Source: Trichomonas gallinae (Eukaryota). Taken from it: a DNA stretch of 49,260 nucleotides. A program made the position numbers and the translations under genes. The notes under the pieces were generated by a model. It was given only the letters and a program-made list of their open reading frames with translations, was not told where the DNA came from and ran no database searches. Each line of letters starts with the position of its first letter. Within the stretch, counting starts at the first letter, position 1. Positions 29,581 through 40,457 of this stretch are shown here, one piece after another. Location: the NCBI GenBank assembly GCA_008369845.1, contig MRSU01002297.1, positions 1 to 49,260 on the forward strand, written 5' to 3'.

Positions 29581-31092
29581 ATGGAATCTAGTTTAGGGGA
29601 AACTAAGTACAATACTGAAAATTTGAGCGCACTATCATCGGCGAGGTCTGTTACAAATGCGCCATTCGATGAATCTACGTTAACTGATGTTATGTTTCCT
29701 CTAACAAAACCATTCATGAAACTCGATATCAAAGAAAAAGAATCGCTTTTTATGAAAATGTATGAAGAAACGATATTGTTTATCCGCAATAAAGAGCTTA
29801 AATGCGATAATACTCCAGTAATCCATGTTTACGAAGATGACGCAATAACGCATATTCAAGAAACTCGCGAACAAAACTACGAATCATCAAAAGAAAGAGA
29901 ATGCAAACAGCAACTAACGCAAAGACAATCAAAAGCACTTTCAACTTTACCGCCGAGGGTTGAAAATAACTTTTCACCGACTTTTGATCCGCTACTCAAT
30001 ACAAATTACACATCTAAGTTCACCAAAATCGATGAATTTATAGCTTGCATATCTAAAATATTGATAGAAAACAGAGCAAAGAAGAGAATCCAACAAATCA
30101 ATAAATATCTCAAAGAATCGAAAATAAAACCAACATCGGCGCTCTCAAGTACTCTCACAAAGCCAGTATCTACATTTTCTAAGTCAGAGCTTTTAAATGT
30201 GCAAATTGAAATTATAAATGAACCAATTCAGTTCATTATAGATCCACCACTTCAGCCACTATCCTATCCAGAAATAAACATCGTTGCACACTCTCCGGAA
30301 CACGAATTCCCACTCTATGAGCCAACTCTTTACGAAAAATTTGCATTGACGCCATTTTCACGTACAGAAACTTCGGCTTTTGTTCCCTTCCCTGTTGCTC
30401 AGCCAGACATATTTCCAAGTGTCAGAGAAGAGCAGCCCATCCAAGAACGTGTTCCACCGCCAGCTGATGAGCAGCCACCGGTCGCAGAGCCAACAACGTC
30501 GCCGTCAATCAGCGCGAGATCGTCCGGCAAAATTAAAGCGCAATCTTCGCAGGCAATATCATTCATTATGCAGACGACAAAGGTTGTCCAGTATCCTCGC
30601 CAGATGTCCTTGTTCACGCCTGCTGAGCTTGTCCCTCAACCTGTTGATTTGCCAGATCTTGACATCGAAATTGGCAGATCTTCGATTTTGGCTTTGCCGC
30701 CTGCAGAATTTGCGCCTATGATGACGAGCGGACGTGTGACACGTGTCGCTCCTTTTGCTTTCGTTGGCCTTCAGGGTCCCAAGAAGCTAAAACCGCTGTC
30801 TGGTCCGGATCCAGTTGATTTAAGAGAAATAGAAGATGACGATGATATCGATAACATCAGCGTTTCTCAGAACCCGAAGCCGATAACAGATTTCCTTACG
30901 AAGCCTCTCGAATCAAAGAACAAGTCTCACATTCTCACGGAAGCTGTCATAGATGGGCAAGGGAAGTGGAAAGAAAGACAAAGAGAAAGCGTCAGAAGGA
31001 TAACAGAAAGCATCACAGCAATGAACGACATGATACACGACAAATCCATCAAAGTGACAATGCCTGACCTCATTAACTTCCTTCAGGAATAA
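29581..31092 (+). CDS. Probable cilia/flagella-associated protein, CFAP221/PCDP1-like
   Basis: 503-aa ORF; PTFDP...F...ISKILIENRAKKRI (IQ-like) recalls the conserved CFAP221 block; Pro-rich C-terminal half. Family call is tentative. Confidence 0.5.
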   Translation: MESSLGETKYNTENLSALSSARSVTNAPFDESTLTDVMFPLTKPFMKLDIKEKESLFMKMYEETILFIRNKELKCDNTPVIHVYEDDAITHIQETREQNYESSKERECKQQLTQRQSKALSTLPPRVENNFSPTFDPLLNTNYTSKFTKIDEFIACISKILIENRAKKRIQQINKYLKESKIKPTSALSSTLTKPVSTFSKSELLNVQIEIINEPIQFIIDPPLQPLSYPEINIVAHSPEHEFPLYEPTLYEKFALTPFSRTETSAFVPFPVAQPDIFPSVREEQPIQERVPPPADEQPPVAEPTTSPSISARSSGKIKAQSSQAISFIMQTTKVVQYPRQMSLFTPAELVPQPVDLPDLDIEIGRSSILALPPAEFAPMMTSGRVTRVAPFAFVGLQGPKKLKPLSGPDPVDLREIEDDDDIDNISVSQNPKPITDFLTKPLESKNKSHILTEAVIDGQGKWKERQRESVRRITESITAMNDMIHDKSIKVTMPDLINFLQE

Positions 31093-31627
31093 ATATTTTT
31101 GTTTGATTTCGGAATGAATTCCATAATTCAACTTTTTTTTTAAATTACTATTCTTGTATGTAATCTTAATCATTCTCGATAATCTAATTTGTTATGTTCA
31201 TATCATTGGTTGTTATCTCCAGTAGAATGATTAATATATTATTATTTTTCATTTCCATTGTATTTTTTACAAAACAACAGGCAAGAGATAGTTTATTACA
31301 TAAACTAAGCCTTATTTTTCATTGTGTTATACTCAGACATCGGATTATCAATGATGATAGCAATTTAAAAGTATTATATATGCCAAAGTTTGAAGCTCCA
31401 TAAAAGTATTTACATGTGTTACTAAACATTTACTCAGACATTATGAGAACTTCCTATAGTGCACAAAATAATATTGGTTTACATGGCAAAATTTTGCTTG
31501 TAAAGTCAAGATTTTGTAAAAAGTGGAAATTTAGGGGGTGAATCCATATTTCAAATTTACAAAAAAAATCATTTTTTAAAAAATGAAAAGCAGAAAGCAG
31601 ATCGTCTTCAAAATACAGAGCCCAATC

Positions 31628-31936
31628 ATGAGCGATCGCGACTTCAGGCAGATGCTTGAAGGAGTGATGGTTCACCGCGAAAATTTGATCAAATATGGTA
31701 CTCCTTATCCACCTGAAGCTCCTGACTCAGAGAAGATGAAACAGCGTAAAGAAGAGCTCGATACAAAGATCGCAGAGTGTCAGGCAAAGATCAAAGAGCT
31801 TGAAGATACTAAAGAACGATACAACCAACTTCTCAGAACGATTTACGAGGAAGAATCCAGAGTCAAAGATGAGCAAAAGAAACGCTTGCTCAATAGATCA
31901 GAGACTCCTGGCAATTACATGCAAAGCAAAAATTGA
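31628..31936 (+). CDS. Small coiled-coil hypothetical protein
   Basis: Heptad-rich KQRKEELDTKIAECQAKIKELED; start 31583 or 31628. Confidence 0.65.
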   Translation: MSDRDFRQMLEGVMVHRENLIKYGTPYPPEAPDSEKMKQRKEELDTKIAECQAKIKELEDTKERYNQLLRTIYEEESRVKDEQKKRLLNRSETPGNYMQSKN

Positions 31937-32432
31937 AATTTTATTTCCAGCTAATAATCAAGATAGTTTTTACACAAGTTGTTGTTGGTTTAATGGGCTA
32001 CTGATTTCTGTAAGCTATCTATTATTCAGTTTTGGAAAAACTGCATTTCAATAAATGTTAGATTTTTAAATTACGATATTCTTTACTAATTATACGTCAA
32101 TACAACTACAGTAAAAGCGCAAAGAAAATACTTACGCTTATTGGACACTTTTGTTCAGAATATAGTTTATCTGAATATATCTACCGAAAAGTATAAATTA
32201 TTTACAGAACAAAATGTTAAGTAAGCTGAGTTTTATGTATTAGTGGCTTTAGTTTGTGATTACAGAAAGGATTTATTGGGAATTTAGATTGAATTTGACA
32301 ATTTTCGATGATGTTGAAAGTGAGGATCTTTGGGGGCGAATGGGAAAGAATGGTTGTATTGGATTTAATCAGAAACAAAGAGATTGTCTAAAATCAAAAA
32401 ATCCAACCAAATATGTAGAAAAGTGACATTAA

Positions 32433-34457
32433 ATGATTTCATTCTTCTTATTATATGTTGTAAAGTCAGTTCCACTGTGTGTTGATCTCGGTGCTGAGAA
32501 CATGCGTGCCACACAACTCACACGTAGTGGTGCATTGCTTGTACACACAGCGGATGGCCGCAAATTCACACCAGCTGTTGCATCTTTGATGCCAAATTCA
32601 CCAGATGCACCGCTGATCTTCACAGATACCGATGTGGATCTCTATGATCGAGCAATTGGAAACTTAAATCATCTTTTAAAATATCCGAAAAATTGTTCTC
32701 GATTCATACCACAGCTTTTGGGCAAAAATTTCACTAAGAAGATCACAGGGTACTTCAAGGTGCGTAACATTACGCTTCCTCTCGATGAAGATGAGGATAA
32801 TTATCTCGAAGTGTTACAACCGCCTGAGTTCTTCGCTGCAGAACTTCTTGGAAAGGCTATTGATGATGTAAAGAGAACAAAGGTTAACCTTACAGTTGAC
32901 CAACTCACTGTTATTGTTCCAAAATTTTATACACATCATCAAAGAATTGCAATGATCCGCTCTGGCAAGCTTGCAACGCATAAGCCTGTCCTACTCGATA
33001 CTCCAACAGCTGTTTCTCACCTGTTTGCTACAGAAAGAAATAAAGTTTTCGCACAGAAGCCACAAGTCATCATGTTTGTTGACATTGGAGCCTCACAGAT
33101 ACAAGTGTGGATCGATGAGTTCATTTCTGAAAAGAATGCAACAATTGTAAATGAACTCGGTTACGGATGGGTTGATGGTGTTGGTGGACAAGCCATCGAC
33201 TCGGTTATAGGTCGCTCAATTAGAAAGCAACTCGAAAAGCTTCAACCAGACGCTGATATCAATTATCGCGTTGTTGAGTTGATTATGGCTTCTGCCAAGA
33301 AGCTCAAACACTTGCTTACACTCCAGGATGAAGTCAACCAGACACTGGAAGACTTAATTCCTGGTTTCGACTTCTCATTCAAGATTACGAAAGATGAACT
33401 CAAGAAAAACGCAAAGAAGGAGCTAAATGCTCTCAAGAGGGCCATAAATCAGGCCATCAATTCCTCATTAATATCACCAGAAGACCTCGCTCGCGTTGAA
33501 CTTGTTGGAGGAGCATCAAGAATTCCGCTTTACGTTGATCTAATCAATGAGACATTAAACGGAACAGTTCCACTCCACAGGACAATGAACCCTGAAGAGG
33601 CAGCAGTCACTGGTGCCGCTTATTATGTCGCATCAATGAAAAAGAATTATCTCGAAAAGCCAATAATTTTCAAACCCTGCAAGATCTACAGCATCGCAAA
33701 AAAGAATATCGGTGAAAACAAGTACGCATTCTTCTACAAAGAGAAAGATCTGCCGATTGGAATAAATCAGTTCATTCTCGCAGCAGATATGCAGACAGAC
33801 GGCACGGCGGAGCTGATTAATGGCGTTTTGAAGCTGTCTGGTGCCAAAAAATTGACAAAATCTGGATTACATCGTCAGAAGAGATTTAGAACAGAAGCAT
33901 TACTGACTGCATTCGAGAAGAAAGAGAAAGAAATCGCAGAAACGAATGCCAGAATACACGAACTCGAGTCATACGTCATAGAAGTTAAAGACAAACTGAC
34001 GAAAGACGCATATATATATAAAGTATCAAATCAAGTCGAAAGAAATCGCGCTATGCGCGCGATAGCGTCCGTCCAACATAAAATGCAGAACGAGGTGGTC
34101 ACGGACGAGAAGGAGCTCAAGCAGATGAAGAAGGATCTTGAAGCTGCTTGCGGCGAAATTATTAAACGAGCGGAAGATGCAAGGGAAATGCCCAACGAAA
34201 TACAGAAACTCAAATCCCTCATCGAGGAGGTAACTAATGCCGTACTCGATGAGTTCGAAGAGCAAGGATATATGTTACCGGAAAATATCGAAAGAGATCT
34301 CGGCAAAGTTATGTCAAAGACAGAAGAAACACTGAAGAAGGCTGAAGCCGGAGAGCCAGACGTTTCCGCTGACGATGTTAGACTTGCTCTCGAAAAATTG
34401 CGAAGAGAATACGAAAGTGCAAAGAAGAACTTAGTTCCAATGAACAAAGAATTATAA
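32433..34457 (+). CDS. ER Hsp70-superfamily chaperone, Grp170/Lhs1/HYOU1-like (divergent)
   Basis: Signal-like MISFFLLYVV; VDLG, RKFTP, VDIGAS, GVGG, VELVGGASRIP, RTMNPEEAAVTGAA; helical lid ELESYVIEVKDKL; C-terminal NKEL; AAAGTGAC at 32420. Confidence 0.85.
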   Translation: MISFFLLYVVKSVPLCVDLGAENMRATQLTRSGALLVHTADGRKFTPAVASLMPNSPDAPLIFTDTDVDLYDRAIGNLNHLLKYPKNCSRFIPQLLGKNFTKKITGYFKVRNITLPLDEDEDNYLEVLQPPEFFAAELLGKAIDDVKRTKVNLTVDQLTVIVPKFYTHHQRIAMIRSGKLATHKPVLLDTPTAVSHLFATERNKVFAQKPQVIMFVDIGASQIQVWIDEFISEKNATIVNELGYGWVDGVGGQAIDSVIGRSIRKQLEKLQPDADINYRVVELIMASAKKLKHLLTLQDEVNQTLEDLIPGFDFSFKITKDELKKNAKKELNALKRAINQAINSSLISPEDLARVELVGGASRIPLYVDLINETLNGTVPLHRTMNPEEAAVTGAAYYVASMKKNYLEKPIIFKPCKIYSIAKKNIGENKYAFFYKEKDLPIGINQFILAADMQTDGTAELINGVLKLSGAKKLTKSGLHRQKRFRTEALLTAFEKKEKEIAETNARIHELESYVIEVKDKLTKDAYIYKVSNQVERNRAMRAIASVQHKMQNEVVTDEKELKQMKKDLEAACGEIIKRAEDAREMPNEIQKLKSLIEEVTNAVLDEFEEQGYMLPENIERDLGKVMSKTEETLKKAEAGEPDVSADDVRLALEKLRREYESAKKNLVPMNKEL

Positions 34458-34794
34458 ATTTACTGTAAATACTTACTTATTGTCTTATTATCAAAATATA
34501 TCATATTTGACTTCGCAAAGTCAAGGCATTTTGGGAGTTATTTGTGGATTTCGGGTAGAAATATGCGTAAAATTTTAGGTTTGAGTGAAAAATTATGATA
34601 AATTTTCAATATCAAACGGAAATATTATAATTGAAGCAAAAAGAAAGCGGTAGAAATGTTTATTGCATAAAAATGATTTGATTTTATTAGTTAGAATTGA
34701 GATTTAATAGTTAACAAAACGTAAAAATTGGAAAAAATAGAAAAATGACTAGAAAAATAGTAGACTTTCATTAGATTTCCTTGGGGAAATTAGG

Positions 34795-37323
34795 ATGACT
34801 TCTCCAAGCTCGAGCCCAGACCTGTTTACAGGCAAGAGCCAGTCGGGAGCATCGCTTGATGTGATCCAGCAGACCCCGAAGAAGAAGAAAATATCGAAAA
34901 AACGGCTGCTCGCGATAAAAAATTTAAGTAAGAAATTTAATAATCAAATAGAGTACAAAACAGACAGCAAAATGAACGACCTGGGGATACCAGCATTCCT
35001 CCAGCATGCTTATTTAACCGGAAAACCGGAGCCAGTAATTTCTCAACTTCGCGATTGGCAGGAAAAGCTATGGACAACACCTGAATGGCAGGAGCAGAAG
35101 AATACTGTTGTCCTTGTACCAACATCTGGCGGTAAAACAGTGGCCGCTGACCTTGCAATTGCGCAAGTTTTAAATCGTGATCCGACAGCTAAAATAATTT
35201 ACGCTCTTCCTTTCGTTGCCCTTGCTAATGAGAAGTTCGCTGAGTACGAGCAAAGATTCTTTAATTACCAAGTCCGTCCATTTTATCAAAATATCGGAGG
35301 CTCTGATTTTCGCAAAGGAAATATCGCAGTTTGCACATACGAGAAAGCACACTCGCTATTAAATGCAGCAATTACTTGCAATTACGTCAATAAAATTCAA
35401 CTCGTTATTATCGATGAAGTTCATATGATAGGCGACGAAAGCCGCGGATCGGTTATTGAAGCACTTGTAATCAAGCTGAACCTCCTGCAAGTCAAGCCTA
35501 GGATAGTTACATTAACTGCTACGGTAAATGAAGATGATGCGAATAAGCTCGCGCGATGGATAAATGGATTCGCTTTCATTTGGAAGTCGAGGCCAGCTCC
35601 TATCAAGCAGCTTGTTAAAAAGCTCGACGGAAGATTGTGCAGAATACAGCCAGAAGGCGTAATTACGCCATTTGCAAAATTAGATTCTTCGCCTGACGAC
35701 AAAGACCATTTAATGCCGCTCGTTAGGACACTTCTTAGCAAGAAATGTAGATCTTCGATACTTATTTTCGTTAATTCTCGAGCTGATACGATTAAAATTG
35801 CAAATCTCATTGCAACTCATATGTATGATACCTCGCTTGCTCTGCCAAGAGTGCCACCACCGTCCGACAGTTTAATGGCAAAAAGAAAAGAGTTAATTGA
35901 TAAAATGGCGGCAAACAGCGGATTCATTGAAGAAGTCACTGTTAGATGCATCAAAAATGGTGTACTTTACCACCATGGTGGTGTTTTACTCGAAGACAGG
36001 AAGTTAATTGAAGAAGCAGCAAGAAATAAAATTGTCAACGTTTTAGTCGCGACAACAACACTTTCTGCAGGCGTGAACATACATGGTGTATCAAGAGTCA
36101 TCATCCACAACATTTACAGATCAACAGATGGAGGAAAAAGATTATTGTCTTCAGCGCAATACACGCAGATGATTGGCAGAGCGGGAAGAGCTGGAGAAGC
36201 AGGAGAAGCCTTCATTATCAGCAGATCAGAGTCACCAGTCGAACAAAGTGATATCATCGGATTATCAAAGAACGTTATTCCTGATATTAATTCGCATATT
36301 TTAGATGGTGAGGAGGCAGATAGATACTTCCTGCAATGCTTAGCCATCAGACTCCTTAATTCAGAAGAAATCGGAAAATTCTTCGCTCAATCTTTCAAAT
36401 TCGTCGACAAAACATTAACAGAAGCTGAAATAAATGGCTACAGCTTTCCAATTTTCGCTCGTTTACGTGCACACGACATGATCGATTCCGAAAATAAGAT
36501 TTCAAGATTCGGTCTTGCAGTTGCAGGCTCATCTCTGTCAATATCAGAGGGTTTAAGTATCCACAACATCCTCAGCCGTGCACAGAAATCATTGTGCATC
36601 GAAGATGAAGTGCATCTCCTTTATTTGTGCATATCTGGTAAAACAGCAGGCTCAGTTCGACCGATGAGTTACGATTCTCCACAGTGGAGAGACATAATTA
36701 ACAAGCATGAGCACGTTATACAGCTTGTCACTCAACTACATAGCGGCCAAGTTACTCATTTACCAGATCGCGCGCATATCTATGGAGGAAACGGAAGAAT
36801 CAACCCAGAACTCGACTCATCGCTTGACAGAGTCATGGTTGCTGTGATATTATCCGATTTAATCAACGAGCGACAGATGAAAGACATTTCATGCGACTTC
36901 AAAGTAGATATGGGCACAATTCAAAAGGTTCAGATGGAGAGTGCTTCTTATGCAGGCCAAGTGAACAGGTTCTGCGAGATTCTCGGCTTAGGAGTTTTAG
37001 CTGCTGGATTAAATAAATTCAGGCAACGCTTGAACTTCGCCGTTCGCACTGATATTCTTGCTTTAATGACTCTGCCGAGCTGCCCGAGAGATGTTGCGAG
37101 AGTTTTCGCTGATCGAGGAATTGTTTCTCCAGCAGACATCGCCAACTTCTCTGAATCACAGCTTGCGACACTCATAGCAGAAGAGTCCGACAAAGATCAC
37201 AAGAGATCACCTGAAGAAGTTGCTGAACTGGCTAAAAAGATTTTAGCTGACGCAATAACATTTGCCGACAGTTTGGAAAAGCTCTCAGAGCTCGAAGATC
37301 GTGCTGTTACTAGTATTAGATAA
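34795..37323 (+). CDS. HELQ: Ski2-like SF2 DNA helicase, HELQ/Hel308/POLQ-helicase family
   Basis: VPTSGGKT, LPFVALANEK, TYEK, DEVH, TAT, YHHGG, ATTTLSAGVN, QMIGRAGR; HLLYL motif; no polymerase domain. Confidence 0.88.
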   Translation: MTSPSSSPDLFTGKSQSGASLDVIQQTPKKKKISKKRLLAIKNLSKKFNNQIEYKTDSKMNDLGIPAFLQHAYLTGKPEPVISQLRDWQEKLWTTPEWQEQKNTVVLVPTSGGKTVAADLAIAQVLNRDPTAKIIYALPFVALANEKFAEYEQRFFNYQVRPFYQNIGGSDFRKGNIAVCTYEKAHSLLNAAITCNYVNKIQLVIIDEVHMIGDESRGSVIEALVIKLNLLQVKPRIVTLTATVNEDDANKLARWINGFAFIWKSRPAPIKQLVKKLDGRLCRIQPEGVITPFAKLDSSPDDKDHLMPLVRTLLSKKCRSSILIFVNSRADTIKIANLIATHMYDTSLALPRVPPPSDSLMAKRKELIDKMAANSGFIEEVTVRCIKNGVLYHHGGVLLEDRKLIEEAARNKIVNVLVATTTLSAGVNIHGVSRVIIHNIYRSTDGGKRLLSSAQYTQMIGRAGRAGEAGEAFIISRSESPVEQSDIIGLSKNVIPDINSHILDGEEADRYFLQCLAIRLLNSEEIGKFFAQSFKFVDKTLTEAEINGYSFPIFARLRAHDMIDSENKISRFGLAVAGSSLSISEGLSIHNILSRAQKSLCIEDEVHLLYLCISGKTAGSVRPMSYDSPQWRDIINKHEHVIQLVTQLHSGQVTHLPDRAHIYGGNGRINPELDSSLDRVMVAVILSDLINERQMKDISCDFKVDMGTIQKVQMESASYAGQVNRFCEILGLGVLAAGLNKFRQRLNFAVRTDILALMTLPSCPRDVARVFADRGIVSPADIANFSESQLATLIAEESDKDHKRSPEEVAELAKKILADAITFADSLEKLSELEDRAVTSIR

Positions 37324-37739
37324 ATATTTGTTTGTATTTTTGTTAATCATTCCATATATTTTTGATTTTTATTATCAAAACAAATGAAATAATCATGAAA
37401 ATACTAATGATATAATAAAATATAATATATGGTGTTCGATGTCTGTTCCTGGGTTATTCATTGGAGCTATTTGCAAATCTGTATTACACTACTAACTTGT
37501 GATACTATTGAACATCATAAATATTTTCAAAAATTTCCCATATTTCCAAAAGGATAAAATAACAAAGATATCAACATAGAGGTACAGGATGAAATGATGA
37601 TCAAAGAATAAAAGGAGTGTGAATTTTTATCATGGACTCACTCATATATATAATAAAGTTCTAGGATAGAAAAATAAAGAAATATTATAATGACCTTTTT
37701 TAAAAATAAAGAACAGATTTTGAAAAAAAGAAATATATT

Positions 37740-39401
37740 CTACTTGAAAACAGGCTTCTTGATTGCTGGTCCATTGGCTGCTGCCTGCTTTTGAGCGAAC
37801 AGTTTGACCTGTTGTCTCGTCAAGACTCTGGATGTCTCCTCGTTCTTGATCTCTTTCGTTCGCTTGTATCCCTCTATTATCTTCTTCGGGATTCTCTTCG
37901 AGCTGTCGACGTAGGCTAGGTCGAGCTGCTGGTTCTGCCTGGACTCAGCGAGAACCTGCCTGTTGATGTAAGGCTGGATGTCGCCGTCCTCCGATTCTAT
38001 GATCTTCTTGACCTTCTTGTAGCGCTGCGAGCACCACTTCACTACGTCGACGACATCGATCGGCGTCTGTTCTTCTGTTGGAATGACGAGCTGCATGACG
38101 TCGAGCAGGTGGAAGCAGCCGGCCGAAACAGCGGACTGGTGGTCTTGGAATGCCTCGATCGTTCTCTTGAGCTCATTTAATTCTTTAACTTTTTTGTCGT
38201 GTAATTTTGAGCCTTCGACGAGAAGTCTGTTTCCTCCAACGCCGTGAGCCTGTGTGAACTCTTTCTGCTCGACAATCATTTGAAGATTTTCGAGATTATC
38301 TTTGAGATTCTCTATGTCGACGTTTAAGTCTTCTATCTGCTGCTTGAGAGACTTCTGCTTCTTGTCGCGGTCCTCCATCATGTTGTGGATCTCGTCTGGA
38401 TCGATTGTGCCGAATTTCTCATTAATCCTGTCGAGCTGGTTTTGCCAGTATCTGATCTTCTCCTCCTTCTTCTCTTTGTTTGCCTTCGACTGCTTCGTCC
38501 TCATTAATGACTTTTCGGACGAAATTGTCTGATGTTGACGAACTCTGCGAGAATCTTCTGATTGGAGGCCTTCGTGCAAGTAAAGGGACTCTTTCTTGAT
38601 GGCATCCTTCTTTTGGTTGATAGAATTCTTTCTTTCCTGGCGATTTTTCTGGATTTCTTCTAATGTTCTCTTGTATTCGGTCGCTGCGGCGTTTTTGCTG
38701 TACTGGGACTCAGCTTTGATCAAGTTGAGCTCAGAGATGTCACGATTTTGCTTGTCAATCTCTTTCTGCTTGTCGTGGATCAAAGTATTCCAGCAAAACT
38801 TCTGCTCTTCGAATTGAGTAATGATTCTATCATAAAGCTTCATAAGATGCTTTGTTTCCGAGATCTTGATGTTTGCTTTATCCAGTTTGTTCTTCAATGT
38901 CGTGATTTGATTCGAATTTGGATTGTTATACTTCTCTCCGTTCTCAAAACTGACGAGGATCATTTGGAGCTCGTTCTGTCTTCTTATCGCTGATTCTTTG
39001 TCGTGCTTTACGTTGTCAATTTGGCGCTGAAGATTGTTAACGGATTTCTGAATCTTATGGATGTCTCCGGATAAATCCGATGTTCTTCCCTGGCCTCTTT
39101 TCACTTCGACGAGCTCATTAAGCCTTGTTCTTAAGGTAGAATGCTCAGCTCTTAATTCAGCTAAAACTTTAACGTTGTTTTCGATTCTTTCAACGATCGA
39201 ATTGTAGAAATTACGATTTGTTTTGCCTTTGATGTCTTTTCCGTTCTCTTTGATTTGTGCTAATTCAGCTTCGAATGTTGGCGCAACAGAAGGCTCGTCG
39301 GCCGATTCCTTTTTGCGCTTTGGCTCCGGGCTGCTATCAAATTCGTTGTAGTTAGATGGTTTTCTGCGTGCACTTTGTGGAGTATTTGATTTCGCGCGCA
39401 T
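37740..39401 (-). CDS. Coiled-coil outer dynein arm docking protein, CCDC151/ODAD3-like
   Basis: 553-aa coiled coil; ITTLKNKLDKANIKISETKHLMKLYDRI matches the CCDC151/DC1 LENRLxKAxxKxxEAxxIxxxY pattern. Confidence 0.65.
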   Translation of the reverse strand: MRAKSNTPQSARRKPSNYNEFDSSPEPKRKKESADEPSVAPTFEAELAQIKENGKDIKGKTNRNFYNSIVERIENNVKVLAELRAEHSTLRTRLNELVEVKRGQGRTSDLSGDIHKIQKSVNNLQRQIDNVKHDKESAIRRQNELQMILVSFENGEKYNNPNSNQITTLKNKLDKANIKISETKHLMKLYDRIITQFEEQKFCWNTLIHDKQKEIDKQNRDISELNLIKAESQYSKNAAATEYKRTLEEIQKNRQERKNSINQKKDAIKKESLYLHEGLQSEDSRRVRQHQTISSEKSLMRTKQSKANKEKKEEKIRYWQNQLDRINEKFGTIDPDEIHNMMEDRDKKQKSLKQQIEDLNVDIENLKDNLENLQMIVEQKEFTQAHGVGGNRLLVEGSKLHDKKVKELNELKRTIEAFQDHQSAVSAGCFHLLDVMQLVIPTEEQTPIDVVDVVKWCSQRYKKVKKIIESEDGDIQPYINRQVLAESRQNQQLDLAYVDSSKRIPKKIIEGYKRTKEIKNEETSRVLTRQQVKLFAQKQAAANGPAIKKPVFK

Positions 39402-39504
39402 TTTATGATTCTAAACGTATTTAATCATCACCCCTATAATAAGAAACCAGACCCTTTTTAATATCATAATACAGGGTCTAGTATTTTATAACAGGGGTGG
39501 CATC

Positions 39505-39940
39505 GAATGTAAACTTAGTTTTAGACTGTTGGAATTTCTCGGCGTCTCGAGTGTAAACCATTCAATATTTGAATAGTTTACAATGTCTCGAGCACTTTTT
39601 CTCATAGAGATTTTTTCGGTTTGGCGTCTCGAGAATTTGTCAAATAAAATTCTCATTACACGTCAAATATGGAATTTATTGTCAAATTTTAGCAGATATG
39701 CCATGTAAAATTATTATACACGTCAAAATTGCTTAAATATATCACGTAAATCATAAAAATTAAAGCATTTACTGACATATAAATTCGTTGTAAATATTTT
39801 TGTCATGTAAAGTCGAGACGCCAAACCGAAAAAAGTTCTATGAGAAAAAGTGCTCGAGACAATGTAAACTATTCAAATATTGAATGATTTACACTCGAGA
39901 CGCCGCGAAATTCCAGCAATACAAAATAGAGTTTACTCTC
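39505..39940. mobile_element. Non-autonomous foldback/MITE-like element with ~128-bp terminal inverted repeats
   Basis: Left arm 39505-39632 and right arm 39813-39940 are reverse complements, near-identical over the inner ~105 bp; ~180-bp spacer made of TGTCA/CACGTCAAA/CATGTAAA motifs; no ORF, no TSD seen. Confidence 0.8.
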
Positions 39941-40457
39941 TGTTTTCAAATGTTAGAACCTTAGTAAGATTCCACCAAGCATATCTTTTGTTTTTACGTT
40001 TGTATATAGGTATGTAATAATATAAATCAGTTCTCGAATGCTAAAATTAAAATATATTTTTAATTTTGTTGTAATTTGTGGAATTGGACATCAAGAATAC
40101 AAATAATCGAATATCCCACCAAATTCAAGTCCATACATTTGGTTAAATGAAACTAAATCTGATATTTATCAAATGAGATTTTGTAATAATGAATTATAAA
40201 TCTAATATTTACAGCTGATGTAAATGTAGATCAGAGCAATATAGTTCATCCACAAGACTATGCAATTAATTTAATTTATATTTCAAATCTAATTATTTGT
40301 GATCAAAAGTTTGATCAATCAGCTAATAGTCATATATATCACTAGAGTTCAAGCTATAGAATACTATGATACTATATAGAAAGTCATATGTTTAATATTG
40401 ATGACTTTGCTAAAATGAAGATTTCTCCTTGATTTTTTTTTATTTATTTTTTTATAA

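Noticed and set aside
31628..31936. SSNA1/DIP13 assignment for the small coiled-coil ORF
   Set aside because: Only generic heptad similarity; the conserved N-terminal LQxxNNELV motif is absent.
34795..37323. DNA polymerase theta
   Set aside because: The helicase domain is POLQ/HELQ-like, but the ORF ends at 842 aa with no family A polymerase domain downstream.
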